Shown in pieces: positions 1 to 13,292 of a DNA stretch of 64,000 nt. The stretch comes from Hypanus sabinus. Taxonomy: Eukaryota. The DNA is taken from positions 146,134,001 through 146,198,000 of the forward strand of contig NC_082715.1 in the NCBI RefSeq assembly GCF_030144855.1, read 5' to 3'. The notes beneath the pieces are model-generated. The model was not told the DNA's origin, ran no database searches, and worked only from the letters and a program-made list of their open reading frames with translations. Position numbers and translations under genes: made by a program. Numbering within the stretch: position 1 is the first letter of the stretch; every line of letters begins with the position of its first letter.

Positions 1-229
1 TGGCTGTATTACACTGTAACATCAAACCATTATGCTTTGTCCAGTTTGTGTTAAACAACTCATTGTAATCCCACTTTTAAGCTGTCATGTTGCAGAAGGC
101 ATTGCCTTCCCTGACCTTTCAAAAAGATGTGCTGGTAAGAGATATGATGGAGTTCTCAATATTGAAAACTAAATAATGTGACGTGATCTTTAGGCTAAGC
201 TTTAAGGCACTCTTGCATTTTGTCCACAG

Positions 230-335
230 GTAATGATATCACTATAACCCAATCACTACTTACACACCATGGTGTCCCGGTCGTCACTTTGTCCAATGGC
301 AAGTCGTACTGCTTCAACACGTCCCTCTGCACGTG
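230..335 (+). CDS. HIRA: HIRA histone chaperone, internal coding exon (C-terminal Hira domain)
   Basis: AG|exon|GTAAG; translates (G)NDITITQSLLTHHGVPVVTLSNGKSYCFNTSLCT(W), matching my recollection of vertebrate HIRA GSDMTVSQILLTQHGIPVMNLSDGKAYCFNPSLSTW; phase 1 in, phase 2 out. Confidence 0.93.
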
Positions 336-3300
336 GTAAGAAATTGAAGTTTTATGGTCCAATGTAGAGCCTTGTATAAAAATGTGCAAATGGAAAGTGT
401 ATTTTTTAATTAGTGGAACAAACCGCAGGGTAGGATTCAGAGAGCTTTATGTTAGAGATTCCATCCAATGTGCTTCTGTAGTTGTATCTCACTCTTGTAC
501 CTTACCATTTGTCATGTTACCTGATGTACCACATAGCCATTGTCACTGATATGATACCCACCCCATGTGCAAGGTTTGACATTCTGTTCATTTTGGGTTG
601 TTCCTGGGAATGGAGTGAACATTCGCATGAATGCTGTTCCAAGACCTCAGAGCACACATTGTGGCTACTCCAGTTGTAAGCCATTTTCCTCACTGTGTCC
701 TTGGATTGAAATCAACTTGTTTGTCTGCAGCAAAATATTCTTCACCTTCAGCATTTATCTTCCTTTCCCGATGATACGGGTGAGGCAGACATTGAACAGC
801 CTCGGCATTTTTTTAAGACAGCTGAATTTCAAGCTCACTTCATCATCTGATCTCCTGTTCCTTAAGGTGTCACCAGCCTTTGCCATCTCTTTTCTCCTAA
901 CATCTCAAGACCTATATTTATGCCGTTGTTAGCTCTAGATCAGAGGTTCCCAACCTGGGGTCCATGGGCCCCTTGCTTAATAGAATTGGTCTGTGGCATA
1001 AAAAGGTTGGGAACCTCTGCTCTAGATATTAACACTGAAGTATCCATACTGAGTGTTGCCTGTTACTGGTTTTATGTGCTTTTCTTTTAGTTTCCCAGTA
1101 GGTGAATGGTGTCACAATGTATTGAATCTTCAAGTGGCATATGCTTGCAAAGTGTGTGAAATGTGGAAAAGAATAATTCACATTTTGCAGTAGAACTCTG
1201 GTAATCCAGCATCCTTTGACCTTTGGTAGTACTGGACTTACAGATTTTTTTTGGACAAATGTATGTTGTTCTTATTAAGACATAAACGCAGCTTACTTTT
1301 GTTTTTTTTTGTTTTACACATTACAAAGCAGTAAAATAATATTTCCAGTATACCTGTGAATTTAAAAGAATGTTTACAAGTGCTGCAGACTGCACTTCTA
1401 GCTGATAAATTACCCCCATTTCTGATCCCTGGTGTCCTAGACCTTTGACTCTGGTCATATACTTTGCTTGTTTGCAGGGCTTGTTGCTCATGTTCTAAAC
1501 TAACGAGTGAGCTAATTGCTGAACCATCAGGACGCCAGTTTGTTGGAGCTGTGCTGTGAAACAATTCAAAGTTCCCTCTTGCTATTTGAAAATCCTCCAT
1601 GGATTTTTAAATCAATCATCTTCCACCGTTGTTCATTATGATATGTCAGTAACCTGTCTGTGTTCATTTGACACTAGCTTTTCCATACCCACCTTCATAG
1701 CCAACACTGTCTTGATTAATCTGCTCCATGCTATGGATAAATATACATGGATACAAACCCCTCGTCCTCTCCTTCACAAATGTTCCCCATTCTGTGATTG
1801 GATAGTATCCAATTGTTAACTTCATAAATTATTTTTCATAAGTCAATGTTCTTGTTGCATTAAACGCATCATAAAGATGTAGGTAGCACAGCAGCTGATG
1901 TCAGAATCAAAAGGCATGTTTCTCATGAAATTCAGTAGTTGTGTTCAAATGAAACCCTGTGGTGCTAAACACCTAGCTGGCAGGTCAAGTTAGGTGTATA
2001 ATGCAATTTCTGCAAGCTATCACCAGGTAGGTGTTGGCTACTGACATGACAGTAATTCGTCATGGAGGAGAGGTTGTGCTGGTTTTACTAAAGTATCAGA
2101 CATAAGGGTCTAGAAGATCTGTGTCTGCAGGTAACAGAGTGGAAAGGATTAAATAGGGTCAAGTTGTTTGTGTGGATGCTTATTAGCAGCAAGGCATAAA
2201 CTGAGGAAGAGTGCTCAAATCATAAAGGGGATTGATGTGCCTGTTCCATTCTTGTTCTTTTTTTTTGTGCAGACAGGAGGGATTTCAGGGTTGATGATCC
2301 TGCTGCCATTCTTTTCCTGGTTCTGTGGCTTTCTGAAGAAAAAGAATTTTAGAGTTGTATATTTTGATAATAAATGAACCTTTGAAAGAGATAGTATGGT
2401 TAGCAACTTTTCTTTGGATATATCTAGCATGATGCACTGAATCAACTCTTCCCTGCTGTAATTTCAGCAATTAACAGTAGTAATTAGGAATGATACGGTT
2501 ACTATTAACTGCATATCATTGAAATTTGTTTCTGGTGCACTGATTCCCATTATTAATCTGCAAGTGAAATACTGGACTGCCTTTGCTTAGCGATGTCTGT
2601 AATGCCATGATGTACAATGGTGAGTGCAGCAGCTCTTGATATGATTTAGTGAACAGAGAAAGGTATACTCTACTTTGCCAAAGTTGCGTTAGGGCGAGTG
2701 ACATTGAGGGTTTAGTATTGGGACACTACGCTTTATAAGTATCACAGTCATATAATCCAAGAATACCCTTTCACTTCATAATTAACAATGCTACTCTTTC
2801 TTTCCAAATTCTTATTTTTATTATATGTAATTTTACATTTATAATTAAATTATATTTGTGCTATTTGTTTTTTTTACATGATGGTGATTGATGTTTTCCT
2901 GAATGGGTTCCATCATGCTTCTTTGTTTTGTGGCTGCCCGCTGGAGAATGAATCTCAGAGTTGTATTCTGTATACATTAATGTACTTTACATTTTTGAAT
3001 TTGTGTGTTTGGAATTTCAAAGTGGATTAAAGCAGTGTGTCTTTCAGAGCCTGCCAAATATTGCATGATTGACAGGTTGGTAGTCCCAGTCATTATCCTC
3101 TCAACATCAGCCCAAACCTTCATTTTCAGAAGGCTTTACGATACGGCTCATTGATGTATATAACTATTACATGACAATCTTATTACAGTTTAATTCTTGA
3201 GTAGCCTCAGAATGGTTGAAACAAGTTATACTTGGAAGCTTTTTGATGCATTATTTTTACAGCCACTATAGTCAGTTGCTTTGTATGCCAGGAGATTAAT

Positions 3301-4533
3301 AAATCTAAAAATCTGTAACTGATAACAGTTAACTGATTTGACTAACTAGGGAGATGCCTGTACTTCCAAATAGATCAAACTCAGTAGTCAGATAATGCAT
3401 AAATAGTGCTCGGGATTGTTTCTTCAGTCAGATTTAGATATTTTGTGTTCTTGGGATTTCCCCTTGGTATAAACAAACTATTTGTGTGCACCGCACTAGT
3501 GCTGTACGTAAAGATAACAAACTGATCTTTCAGTTACGTTGCTTTGCATTGGACACCCACAGAGGAAGGACCAGCATTCAGTTGGTCTGCATAGATCCCA
3601 TGCTGCACAGGTGCACATTTACATTGTGGCTTCTTACAAAATTGTCTCTGTGAACACTGCTCAACTACCACATGCAAATATATTAAACTCTGTACATTTT
3701 GAAATCTGTTGTGATTAAGTGCAACGTGTGTACCAGGCAGTTAAAAATAATTATTAATATTTGAGAATAGCTCGAGTTGAGTTTCTCGCAGTGGCCCAAG
3801 ATCGTAATTGGGAGCATTAATGTAATTTTTATGTTTTTGTCAAAAACACTGCGTGGAAAGTGTCTCTTAAAACCAACCATGCCGTAAAAGCATCTGATAG
3901 CTACCATGAAATATTTGCCAATATGAGCTTGAAATGGAGCTAACCGATTCATCCGATCAGTGAGGGTTCAGGGAGCAGATTACTTTACGCGTGTGTGGGA
4001 GGTGTTCTGTCTAAACTGAGTTGTTGTATTACGCCCAAACTTGAAAAAAATAATAATAAAAAAAAAGAGCAGTTGAAATTGGCCATCGTCCTTGGTCAGA
4101 AATCTTAATGAAAATTTCTGTTCGGCTGCCGCTCCAGGATGCAGTGTACTTTGTTACAGCCTGTTTCTTTGGTAGGCTGTCAGTAAGTCCATGGATCCTG
4201 ATGGGCTTGGTGCTGTCAGATGTCCTTGGAGGCAATCCAGCATAGACTTATTATATGATGTACTTACACACACGGGTGACTCAATTACTGTTACAGCCCA
4301 ATTCTTCATTACTGGAAGAATAATATGACCTCATTATACAGATGATGTGCAGATTCCCATCCAGTACTCTGTGAAGGTGACTAATACTTCTAATCCTTGT
4401 GGGTGACTTTCCAAAGGCATTATTAATATATAATGATCTGTTTCCAATGAGGGATGAAGTAGTAATCCAGTAAAATTGACCTGTGTCAACCTATTCTAAG
4501 CCTATTATCTCATTTAATTGTTTTATTTTACAG

Positions 4534-4656
4534 GAATTTGATCTCAGATAAGCAGGACTCACTGGTTCAGTGTGCAGACTATCGTAGCTGCTTAACTTCT
4601 CAGGAGGCCATGTTGTGTTCTGGACCCTTGGCTACTGTGCAGGGATGTGGAATAAA
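4534..4656 (+). CDS. HIRA: HIRA coding exon
   Basis: ttttacAG|g aat ttg atc tca gat aag...|GTGAGT; (W)NLISDKQDSLVQCADYRSCLTSQEAMLCSGPLATVQGCGI; phases fit both neighbouring exons. Confidence 0.95.
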
Positions 4657-4670
4657 GTGAGTAATAAGTT

Positions 4671-7143
4671 TCGTGTATATTTTAATGCCAGGAGTATTAT
4701 GGTTATGGATGATGAACTTACAGCATAGATCAGTACCTGAAACTTGGTGGAGAGAGGAGCAGGAATGGGTGATGAATTTACCAGATTTTCAAAGCTTTAG
4801 AGAAGATAGAGGAGGAGTAAAAGTTTGGGGGGGGGGGGGGGTGGTGTTATGGGAAGTACCTGACTAATCAAAGAAAACATCACAGCTGCACTCCGGAGAG
4901 AAGTAACAGAGGGATCAGTCACTATGAATTTCAGTAGAACTCAGGAATAAGAAGGGTGCAATCACACAGATAGGATTGTACTGCAGACTCCCCCAGCAGT
5001 CACCAGGACACTGAGCATCAGATTAAGGAAATGTGTAAAAGTAATGGGGTTGTTGTCATGGGGGATTTCAACATCCCTTATATAAACTGGATCCTCCTTA
5101 CTGCAAGGGGGTTAGATGGGTGTAGAATTAAGAAGGGTTAATTGGAAACACTTTTTTTATGGCAAGTCCACATCAGACATGTGGAGGTTGTTTAAAGATC
5201 AATTGCACAGAGCACAGGAAAGTATGTTCCTGTTAGAAGGAAGGACGGGGATGGAAAGATGAGCAAACTTTGGATGTCCATAGAGGTGATGGATTTATTC
5301 AAGAAGAAAAAGGAAGAACTTTGGAAGTTAGGATCAAATGAAGCACATGGATGTAAAGAAACCAAAAAAAAAGAACTAAAGAAGGGAATTAGGAAAGCCA
5401 GGAGTGGCCAGGAAACATCCTTGGCAAGCAGGATTAAGGTGAATCGCAAGGCATTCCATACATACCTCATGAGCAAGAGGATAACTAGGGAGATGGAGGG
5501 ACCACCCAAGGATAAAGGGAGGAGAATTTGCTTGGATGCAGAGAATGTGAGTGAGGTACTTAATGAGAAGTTTGCTTCAGTATGTTTTAAGGATACGGAG
5601 AACCAGGAGATCAATGCTGAGTGTATAAGTATGTTAGGACATTTAGAGGTCAAGGAGGAGGAAGTGTTGGACCTCCTAATGAGTATTAAGGTGGATGTCC
5701 TCATGGCCTGATGGGATTTACCCCCAGGTTATTGAAGAAGGCAAGGGACGAGATTGCTGGGCCCTTGACCAGTATCTTCATGCCCTCTCTAGCCACAGGT
5801 CAGGCCCTGGAGGACTGGCGAGTGGCTAATATTGTACCTCTATTTATGAAGGGAACAAGGGAAAATCCTGGGAACTATAGGTAGTGAGTCTCATGTTAGT
5901 TGTAGGGAAATTGCAGAGAAAATTCTTAGGGATAGGATATATGAGCATTTGGAAGCTCATGGCCTAATTAGGGAAAGCCAATATGTTGTGTCTTACTAAT
6001 CTGATTGAATTTTTTGACAAGGTGATGGGAGAGATTGATGAAAGTAGAGTATGGATATTGTCTATATAGATTTTAGTACGGCATTTGACAAAATCCCTCA
6101 TGGAGGACTAATCCAGAAGATCCATGGTGAATTGGCTGTTTGGATTCAGAACTGGTTTGCTCGTAGAAGACAGAGTAGTGGTAGAAGGGACTTATTTTAG
6201 CTGGAGATCTGTGATTAGTGGTGTTCCACAGTGATCTCTTCTGTTTGTGATGTCTGTAAATGACCTGGATGAAAATGTAGATGGGAGGGATAGTAAGTTT
6301 CCTGATGATACAAAGATTGGTGGAGCTATGGATAGTGTAGGAGTCTGGCAAAGAGTACAGTGTGATGTAGATCATTTGATGATGTGGGCAGAGAAATGGC
6401 AGATGGAATTTAACACCGATAAATGTGAGGAATTTCACCTTGGTAGGGCAAATGCAAGACCCTTAACAGTGTTGCTGAGCAGAGAGATCTTGGGGCCCAA
6501 GTTCATAGCTCCTTGAGAGTGGCTACATAGGCCGATAAGGTGGATAAGAAGGCTTATGGAATGCTTGGTTTTATTAGTTGAGGCATTCAGTTCAAAAGTC
6601 AAAAGGTTATGTTGTAATTTTGTAGAACTCTGGTTAGGCCGCATTTGGAGTAATGCATACAGTTGTGGTCGCCCCACTGTAGGAAGCATGTTGAGTCTTT
6701 GAAGAAGATGCTGCCTGGTTTAAAGGGCATGTGCTGTCAGGAGAAGCCGGATAAACTTGGGTTTGGGCTGTTTTCTCTGGAGTGGCAGAGGCTGAGGGGA
6801 GATCTAATAGAGGTTTACAAGATTATGATAGGGCATAAATAGGTTGCAATGTCTAATACCAGAGGGAATGCATTGAATGTTAAAGGGGTGGGTTCAAGGG
6901 GGATGTGAGGGATAAGTTTTCTTACTCTGAGAATCATGGATGCCTGAAAGGTGCTGCGTGGTATGGAGGCAGAGACTTTTAGCAGATGTTTGGCTAGACG
7001 CATGGGTATAAGGTAAATGGAAGGGTATGGACATTGTGTAGGTAGAGGGATTGATGTTTGGATGTTTTGAATTGCATTTTAGCTGGTCAGCAGAGCATTA
7101 TGGGCCGAATAGCCTGTTCCTGTGTTGTATTACATGTTTTATG
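4671..7143 (+). mobile_element. Degenerate CR1 LINE, ORF2 from endonuclease start to 3' tail, in a HIRA intron
   Basis: Begins with CVYFNARSI-like EN start; broken ORFs 5259-5711 and 6247-6516 carry CR1 motifs (NDLDENV..KFPDDTKIGG, QMEFNTDKC); CR1-type 3' end. Confidence 0.9.
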
Positions 7144-7375
7144 TGCATAGGATAGAGAGATGATTTTCATGGTTTGAATATAAACGTTAAATTTTCCCAT
7201 AATGTTTTCTGTAAGGTGAACACATTTTATTCCCCTTTGTTCAGTTCATTGATTGAAATGCTTCTCAGTTTGACTGATATGACTTATCCAAATCCCAAAG
7301 CTTAATCCAAATACAGAAGCACACTGTATAGGTGGCACAGAGCCTTTACTTTCTGTACTCTACCTCAAACCTTTT

Positions 7376-7735
7376 CATAAGACCATTAGATATAGGAGCA
7401 GAATTAGGCCATTTGGTCCATCAAGTCTGCTCCACATTCCATCATGGTTGGTTTATCATTCCCTCTCAACACCATTCTCCCTCCTACTCCCCGTAATCTT
7501 TGAGAAGGGAATAGGGAAAATCAAGAATGGCCATGGATTAATTTACTAATCAGGATTCTATTAACCTGCACTTTAAATATATCCAGTGACTTGACCTCCA
7601 CAGCTGTCTGTGGCAATGAATTCCACAGATTCACCACCCCTTGACTAAAGAAATGTCTCTTCATCTCTGTTCTAAAGGAAGGTCCTTGTATTCTGAGGCT
7701 GTGCCTTCTGGTCCTAGACTCCCCCAGTTGATGAA
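7376..7735 (-). mobile_element. CR1 LINE 3' fragment
   Basis: ORF 7521-7793 has SRTRRHSLRIQGPSFRTEMKRHFFSQGVVNLWNSLP, the CR1 ORF2 C-terminus; tail at 7376. Confidence 0.85.
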
Positions 7736-8071
7736 CTTGCATTGCTTTTGCTCTGTTCCTGCTGATTATGGAGGGAAAGCCCTTCCTGAACACTTTATCC
7801 AGACAATGGTGTGAAGGTCGCTAATACATGGAGACATTGGAGCAAATAACATTGGTGTATAATGGAGAATCTACTGTATGTATGGTTTGTACTGTTGGAG
7901 TAGTGTGGAGGAGGTTCCTGTAAACGCTGTCATAGTCAACTTGAGTTGAATCAACTGTTTTCACACACAAAAGTCAGTAATTTTTTTGTGAAGGAGTTAA
8001 CTGTCTCTGTTGTAGGTTATTTTATTGTGTTGTGTTTTCATTGGTGACGTGCTGAATGATCTGTTTTCCAG

Positions 8072-8235
8072 TGCTGGACGTCAGGCTGCCAGACTCTCTT
8101 CGATGCCTCATGTTTTACAGCGAGGGACCACACTGGCTTATCTCGAGAACCAGGTTGCAGCTGCAATGACGCTAAAATCTAGCCAGGAATATCGTCACTG
8201 GCTTCTCATCTACACCCGTTATTTAGTAAATGAAG
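8072..8235 (+). CDS. HIRA: HIRA coding exon
   Basis: ccAG|t gct gga cgt...gaa g|GTGAG; (N)AGRQAARLSSMPHVLQRGTTLAYLENQVAAAMTLKSSQEYRHWLLIYTRYLVNE(G), hallmark HIRA C-terminal sequence. Confidence 0.97.
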
Positions 8236-8315
8236 GTGAGGGAGTTTCTTGTTGCTTTGACTTGGTGATTTGAATCACAAGCATACACTCCACTGACATT
8301 TACTTGTAATTGCAG

Positions 8316-8404
8316 GATTTGAACCGCGCTTAAGGGAACTCTGCAAAGATTTGCTTGGCCCAGTTCACAACTCTTCCAGTAGCCAGTGGGAATCGACTGT
8401 TTTG
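8316..8404 (+). CDS. HIRA: HIRA penultimate coding exon
   Basis: 80-bp upstream intron; (G)FEPRLRELCKDLLGPVHNSSSSQWESTVL|GTAGG. Confidence 0.96.
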
Positions 8405-8499
8405 GTAGGCAGTTATTTTTTTTAAAGAAACACTTAATGAAAACATTTATAATGTGATAGAGTTGACAGTTTAGAGAAATTAAAGTTAATCCTTCAAGC

Positions 8500-8830
8500 A
8501 CAAACCATCAATGCATTGCATCATAGGCTGGTATGAAAATACCAATGCCCTGGGACAGAAAAGTCTACAGAAATTGTACAGAAAGCTGCTGAACTAGCAT
8601 TGATAATTTCACTCACCTCAACACTGAACTGAGCGCAAACCTACAGATTTACTTTCAAGGACTCTGTGCTCAGAATCTATCTATCTGTCTGATTTGTCTT
8701 TTGTTCAAGTATAGTTCTCATAAATTCTATGATATTTCTTTCTTTTCCTGTAATTGCCTGCAAGAAAATGAATCTCAATGTAGTATGTGGTTACATATAA
8801 ATACATTGATAATAAATTTTGACTTTGACC
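8500..8830 (+). mobile_element. Rex1/Babar-like LINE 3' fragment
   Basis: Degenerate CIIGWY..LQK coding remnant and a tail ending aataaattttgactttga, shared with other copies in the window. Confidence 0.55.
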
Positions 8831-9662
8831 AGCTTTGCTTTTGATTAAGACTGTCAGTAAATTCCAGAGGGCTTGTCTCTTGTGTCCTCTGACCTGAGGT
8901 CCAGCAGCCATTCAGGCCTTGAAGGTGCAGAGAGCTTGTGCTCTGTTTAGCTCAGTTAAACAGTGCAAGAACCATGGATGACAAGCCCATTTAGCATGAT
9001 CTGGCCCAGTGTACCAGAATATACTGCGATTCATCTAATATACAGTAGCTGCAGTTCACGCCTGCTGTTTTCCTGTTTGATCTTAAGAGTGCTTTCTTAT
9101 ATAGTCCCTTGGATTTTATCATGCCTTGTGTAGTTGGCAGATGCACAGGACCGATCAGAAAGCACTTGTGCTTGTACTGGGGTAGCTGACTGTAGGGTCT
9201 AATACAAGTTATCTTGTTGAGAAAAAAGAGCAAAAGTGTCCCTCTCTGCAACCCTGCTAACAAGTGTATGGACATTGAAGACAAGACTGAAATCCCTTGA
9301 GTTTCCCTGTGCTTTTCGAATCATGGACATGGAACTGTGCTTCAGGACATGATGCTGTCTGTAGCACTGGAGAGGAAGGAAAATGACGCCTGTTTTATCC
9401 TTTTCCTCTGGAAGCTTGGGCTTATTAATGTGTGTATTTTCTTTATAGGCTGTAATGTATATTGGCCAACAGTTGGCAAATATTACATGTATTGCAAAGT
9501 AATACATGTTACATTCAGTGTAATTAATCCTCGCAGTGAAATGTACCAAATTGTTTCGCTACAAAAACAGCATGAATTAAGTTATTCCATTTATCTGTGT
9601 TCACGTGTGGTGTATTTGTCATGTACAAATATTTGCCATGATACTAAATTTACCTGGGTGGC

Positions 9663-9975
9663 TCTGTGACACGGTGGGTAAAGCTGTTCGCTCACAACTT
9701 CAGGGAAGTGGGTTCAATCCTGACATCTGCTGCTGCCTGTGTGGAGTTTGCATGTTCTCTCTGTGATAATGTTGATTTCCTCCAGTTTCTCCAATTTATT
9801 CCGATGTCCCAAGCATGTGCATGTTCAGAGGTTAGTCTTCCACTGTAAATTACTCCTGGAATGGAGTTGAAGGGAAGAATCTGGGAGGAGTGGAGTGGGG
9901 AGAGTAACATGGAATTAGTGTAGGGATTGGATGTACTGGACTAGAGGCCCCGTCTCCCTGTCTAATGATTTTATG
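9663..9975 (+). mobile_element. tRNA-derived SINE (HE1/V-SINE-like)
   Basis: B-box-like gggttcaatcc head, core tgtgtggagtttgcatgttctc, CR1-like tail; related copies at 20.4, 33.3, 35.4 and 50.5 kb. Confidence 0.75.
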
Positions 9976-10319
9976 GCTATACATTACCTAATTATTCAGG
10001 AAGGTGAAAGAAACAGGGAAGGACCTAATGCTATTTGAGAGTCTGGCTGTTAGATTTGCTGCTTTGTTAAAGTGAGACATTGGGTCTGTAGGCTTCAGTG
10101 TGAGATGTGAATGAGGGACTGAACTGGGAGGGCAGATGCCACACGTGGCTGTGTTAATGGGAGTAAGTATTGATGCTCAAAAGTCTACCTCTACATCTCA
10201 GTGAGCGTGAATTTAGTATGTGGAAATCTCTCCCTTAAAATACTTCATAACCTTTCTCCCCTCTTGCTTGCATGACAGAACTATGTTGTAGTTATAAAAT
10301 CTCCTTCTTCCTTTGCCAG

Positions 10320-10436
10320 GGTCTTCGGAAGAGGGAGCTACTGAAGGAGATGCTTCCAGTGATTGGCCAGAACCTTCGGTTCCAGAGGCTCTTCACAGAG
10401 TATCAGGACCAGCTGGATCTCCTGAGGGACAAGTAA
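10320..10436 (+). CDS. HIRA: HIRA last coding exon with stop codon
   Basis: Polypyrimidine tract + AG; GLRKRELLKEMLPVIGQNLRFQRLFTEYQDQLDLLRDK* matches the HIRA C-terminus. Confidence 0.97.
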   Translation, partial: GLRKRELLKEMLPVIGQNLRFQRLFTEYQDQLDLLRDK

Positions 10437-11185
10437 CACTGCCCTAGTGGGTGCTTGATGAGGATCTGACCGCGAACGCTCTCTGGGAGATTTGCTGCGG
10501 CCGGCGGGTGACCCTACCTGGGAGCGATGGACTTTAGAAGGTTTGGGTTTCAATCTGAGAGAAGAGTCCGTATTCAGCGACACTAGGCTGGCCCACTGCA
10601 GTGGATGACATGCTCACAGAAACAGCGCAACAGACGGTGCTGGTCTTAATGCATCACTTCACAACAAGCGGCCGTGCAGTGCACGGGAGAGATGATTTGC
10701 AACTGTACTGGGGGACATTGGTGAGCAGGGAGCCAGTACTGCACCCAGAGAATGGTTACAAGCAACCAAGCTTTAACATCTCTAGCCACTGTGTGACAAA
10801 CACTGGCCTCCCTACTTGCCAGATATTGACTTCTCAGTCCTTGCTCATTTTATAAACTGTCAAGTCCAATACTGTTCAACACTCAGAAGTTTACTGCTGT
10901 TCCTTGCCTTGGAGAGGCAGGGACAGCACAACTGAAAGCTGTCAGTCTTCAGACCTTCTTGGTTAGAAGATGAACTGCTGAGTTCAGACTTTTCATGGTG
11001 TTAGTTTTCTGTTTGCCTGATGTTACTAAATTACATACTTGTTTAATGTATGTCCTTGTTAGATGTGTGAATGGGGAGAAAAGAATTCTAATGAGCCACC
11101 ATGGGCACGGCAGAGATGTACAGAAACCTAATTCGCCCTTTGGTACCGTTTAACTTTATACAGGCAAATTTTTCGTCTTTTTTTT

Positions 11186-11196
11186 AATAAAATAAA
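11186..11196 (+). terminator. Probable HIRA polyadenylation signal
   Basis: Overlapping AATAAAATAAA about 750 nt after the stop, preceded by a T-rich tract. Confidence 0.55.
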
Positions 11197-11619
11197 GATA
11201 GAATATTGCATCCCTGTTTCTCCCTTCTAGGTATACAGTAAAGCCTCTTTGATTTTCAGGTAAAACACTGTGTGTCAGGCACTGAGAGATTGCACTTCCC
11301 TGGCAGAGAGGTGCAGGTAAATTGCAGCATGCTGCTGAATTATATGGAGGGAGCGGATTGTTCCAGCTGGATTGGAAAATGCTGGACTCTTACAACTTTA
11401 CCATCACAGTAGATCAGCTACATGAAGCTACAGGATTAAAATTCCATTGCAATAATTATAACTGGCCTGAAACCCAAGTGTGAAATCAGTAGGATCTCTT
11501 TTGGCTTCCCACTGGGGCCCTGATGATCAGCATGGTACTCTGATACCTTTGTGTGGAAATAGAATAAAGCTAAGCTGCTGTGCACATAAACCAGTATAGA
11601 TGGGAACAGGCTTCATGAT

Positions 11620-12215
11620 ATCTGTGCCAAACACAATGTTGAATGAAACTGAATTGCTTCTCCCTGTACATCTGTATGCCTGTATTCCCTGCATATTCAT
11701 GTGTCTGTTTAAAAGCCTCTAAGCTGCCACTATGGTGTCTGTTTCCACCAGCACCCATGGCAGCCCCTTCCAGGCGCCGACCACTCTCTGTAAAACCATC
11801 ACTTGCCCCATACATTTCCTTTAAACTTTGCCCCTTTCATGTCCTCGGGTATTTCACATTTCTATCCTGGGGAAAAAGTAGCTCCTAGATAATCTTACAG
11901 TAGTTAGAAAAATGAAAGGAAGGCCTCCGCTGTTCCAAAGAAGACAACCCAAGTTTGTTCAGTCTCTCCTTAAAGCTAATACTCTCTCCAGTCCAGGCAG
12001 TTTGTGTCTTCTCCACATCCTTTTATTGTGAGTACCAGAAATGCACACAGTCCTCCCAGCTGTGGACTGACCAAAGTTTTGTAGAGCTGTAACATGCTTC
12101 CTTGCTCTTATACTTAATGTCTCAGTCAATGAGGGCAAACCTACCATCTGCTGCCTTTTTCTAGTGGATCCTCTTTCAGGAACCATGGAGTTGGAGCCCA
12201 AGATCCTCCTGCACA
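11620..12215 (-). mobile_element. Degenerate CR1 LINE 3' fragment
   Basis: Reverse-complement CR1 C-terminal coding remnants (ctttaaactttgcccct..., actctctccagtccaggcag). Confidence 0.65.
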
Positions 12216-13019
12216 TCAATATGGTTAAGAATCCTGACTTTTAACTGTATGCAGGTCGATGTGGTCACCAACCATGGGCTCTGCCATGGGCTTTGTTCTT
12301 CACTTCGGGATTCAATCTTCTGATTATGCCTTATTCTGAGGAAAGGGAACAGAATTAGTGCAAATTGGGCACCTGTATAGAGAATAAAGGAGCATTAACT
12401 GCTTTTCCAAAAAAGTGTAAGTGCTCCCCTACTGGTGGTGTGTCAGGGTCAGAGGTTTTGTGCATTAGAAGGCCGAATGTCCTGTATACGACTGAAAAAT
12501 GTCAGAATAAAAGGAGTCCTTGTTATGTTGGAACTAACACGGACACATGAGCATGTGGATACAAATATGAGCATATTAGTTGGCCTCTGCATCCCTACAT
12601 TGTGGAGTGGAAACATTTTGGCTGTTCCTGTTGAGAGCACTTCAGTGATTACAGCAAGTTGCAGGCAGGGTGTGACTGATGATTTAACATAGATTTGGAT
12701 GAAGTTATGATAGCAAAAGGGAAATTGGTGATGGATTTGATGGAAAAATACTGGAGTAGTTTCTCCTCGCACGTTGCTGGGAATCTCTATTACCTGTACT
12801 GAAATAGGAGACAAGAAATCAGTGTGTCAAATGGAAATAAAAATTTATAGAACACTTTCGCATCTTTAGTTCTTTATGACCAATGAAGTACTCCTAAAAG
12901 CAGCCAATGTTGAAGGCAAGGAATGCCGTTTAACTTGGGCATAAGAAGATCCCATGATGTAATAAAATGATTACCAGATGGGAAATTTTAGTGAGACACA
13001 GAAGAATGTAGATGTTATA

Positions 13020-13200
13020 GTCTGGAGCAAATAAAAATATTGTGGAAGAACCCAGCAGGTCGAGCAGCATCAGTGGAGACAGGATAGTCTACATTTCAGG
13101 TTGAGACCCAACAGGTGGCTGATGCAGGGTCTCTACCTGAAACATGAATTACCTGTTTGTCTCCACAGATCCTGCTTCACCGAATGAGTTCTTATAACAA
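13020..13200. repeat. Penelope-terminus-derived imperfect palindrome (MITE-like)
   Basis: Left arm ...gcagcatcagtggagacagg...tttcaggttgagaccc mirrored by gggtctctacctgaaac...gtctccacagatcctgc; a similar structure lies at 36415-36575. Confidence 0.6.
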
Positions 13201-13292
13201 TTTTTTTTTTCACAAACTTTTATTGAAGTTTGTTTAGCGTAAAATTGCTCCTCACGCCAAGAATGTTTTCCCTGCTTTTCTCTAAGTAATTA

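Noticed and set aside
336-4533. Possible snoRNA or conserved non-coding element in the long HIRA intron
   Set aside because: No convincing C/D or H/ACA box arrangement seen; conservation cannot be judged without alignments
5192-5704. 170-aa minus-strand ORF and similar antisense ORFs over LINEs (15263-15685, 51834-52424, 52841-53311)
   Set aside because: Shadow frames of CR1 ORF2
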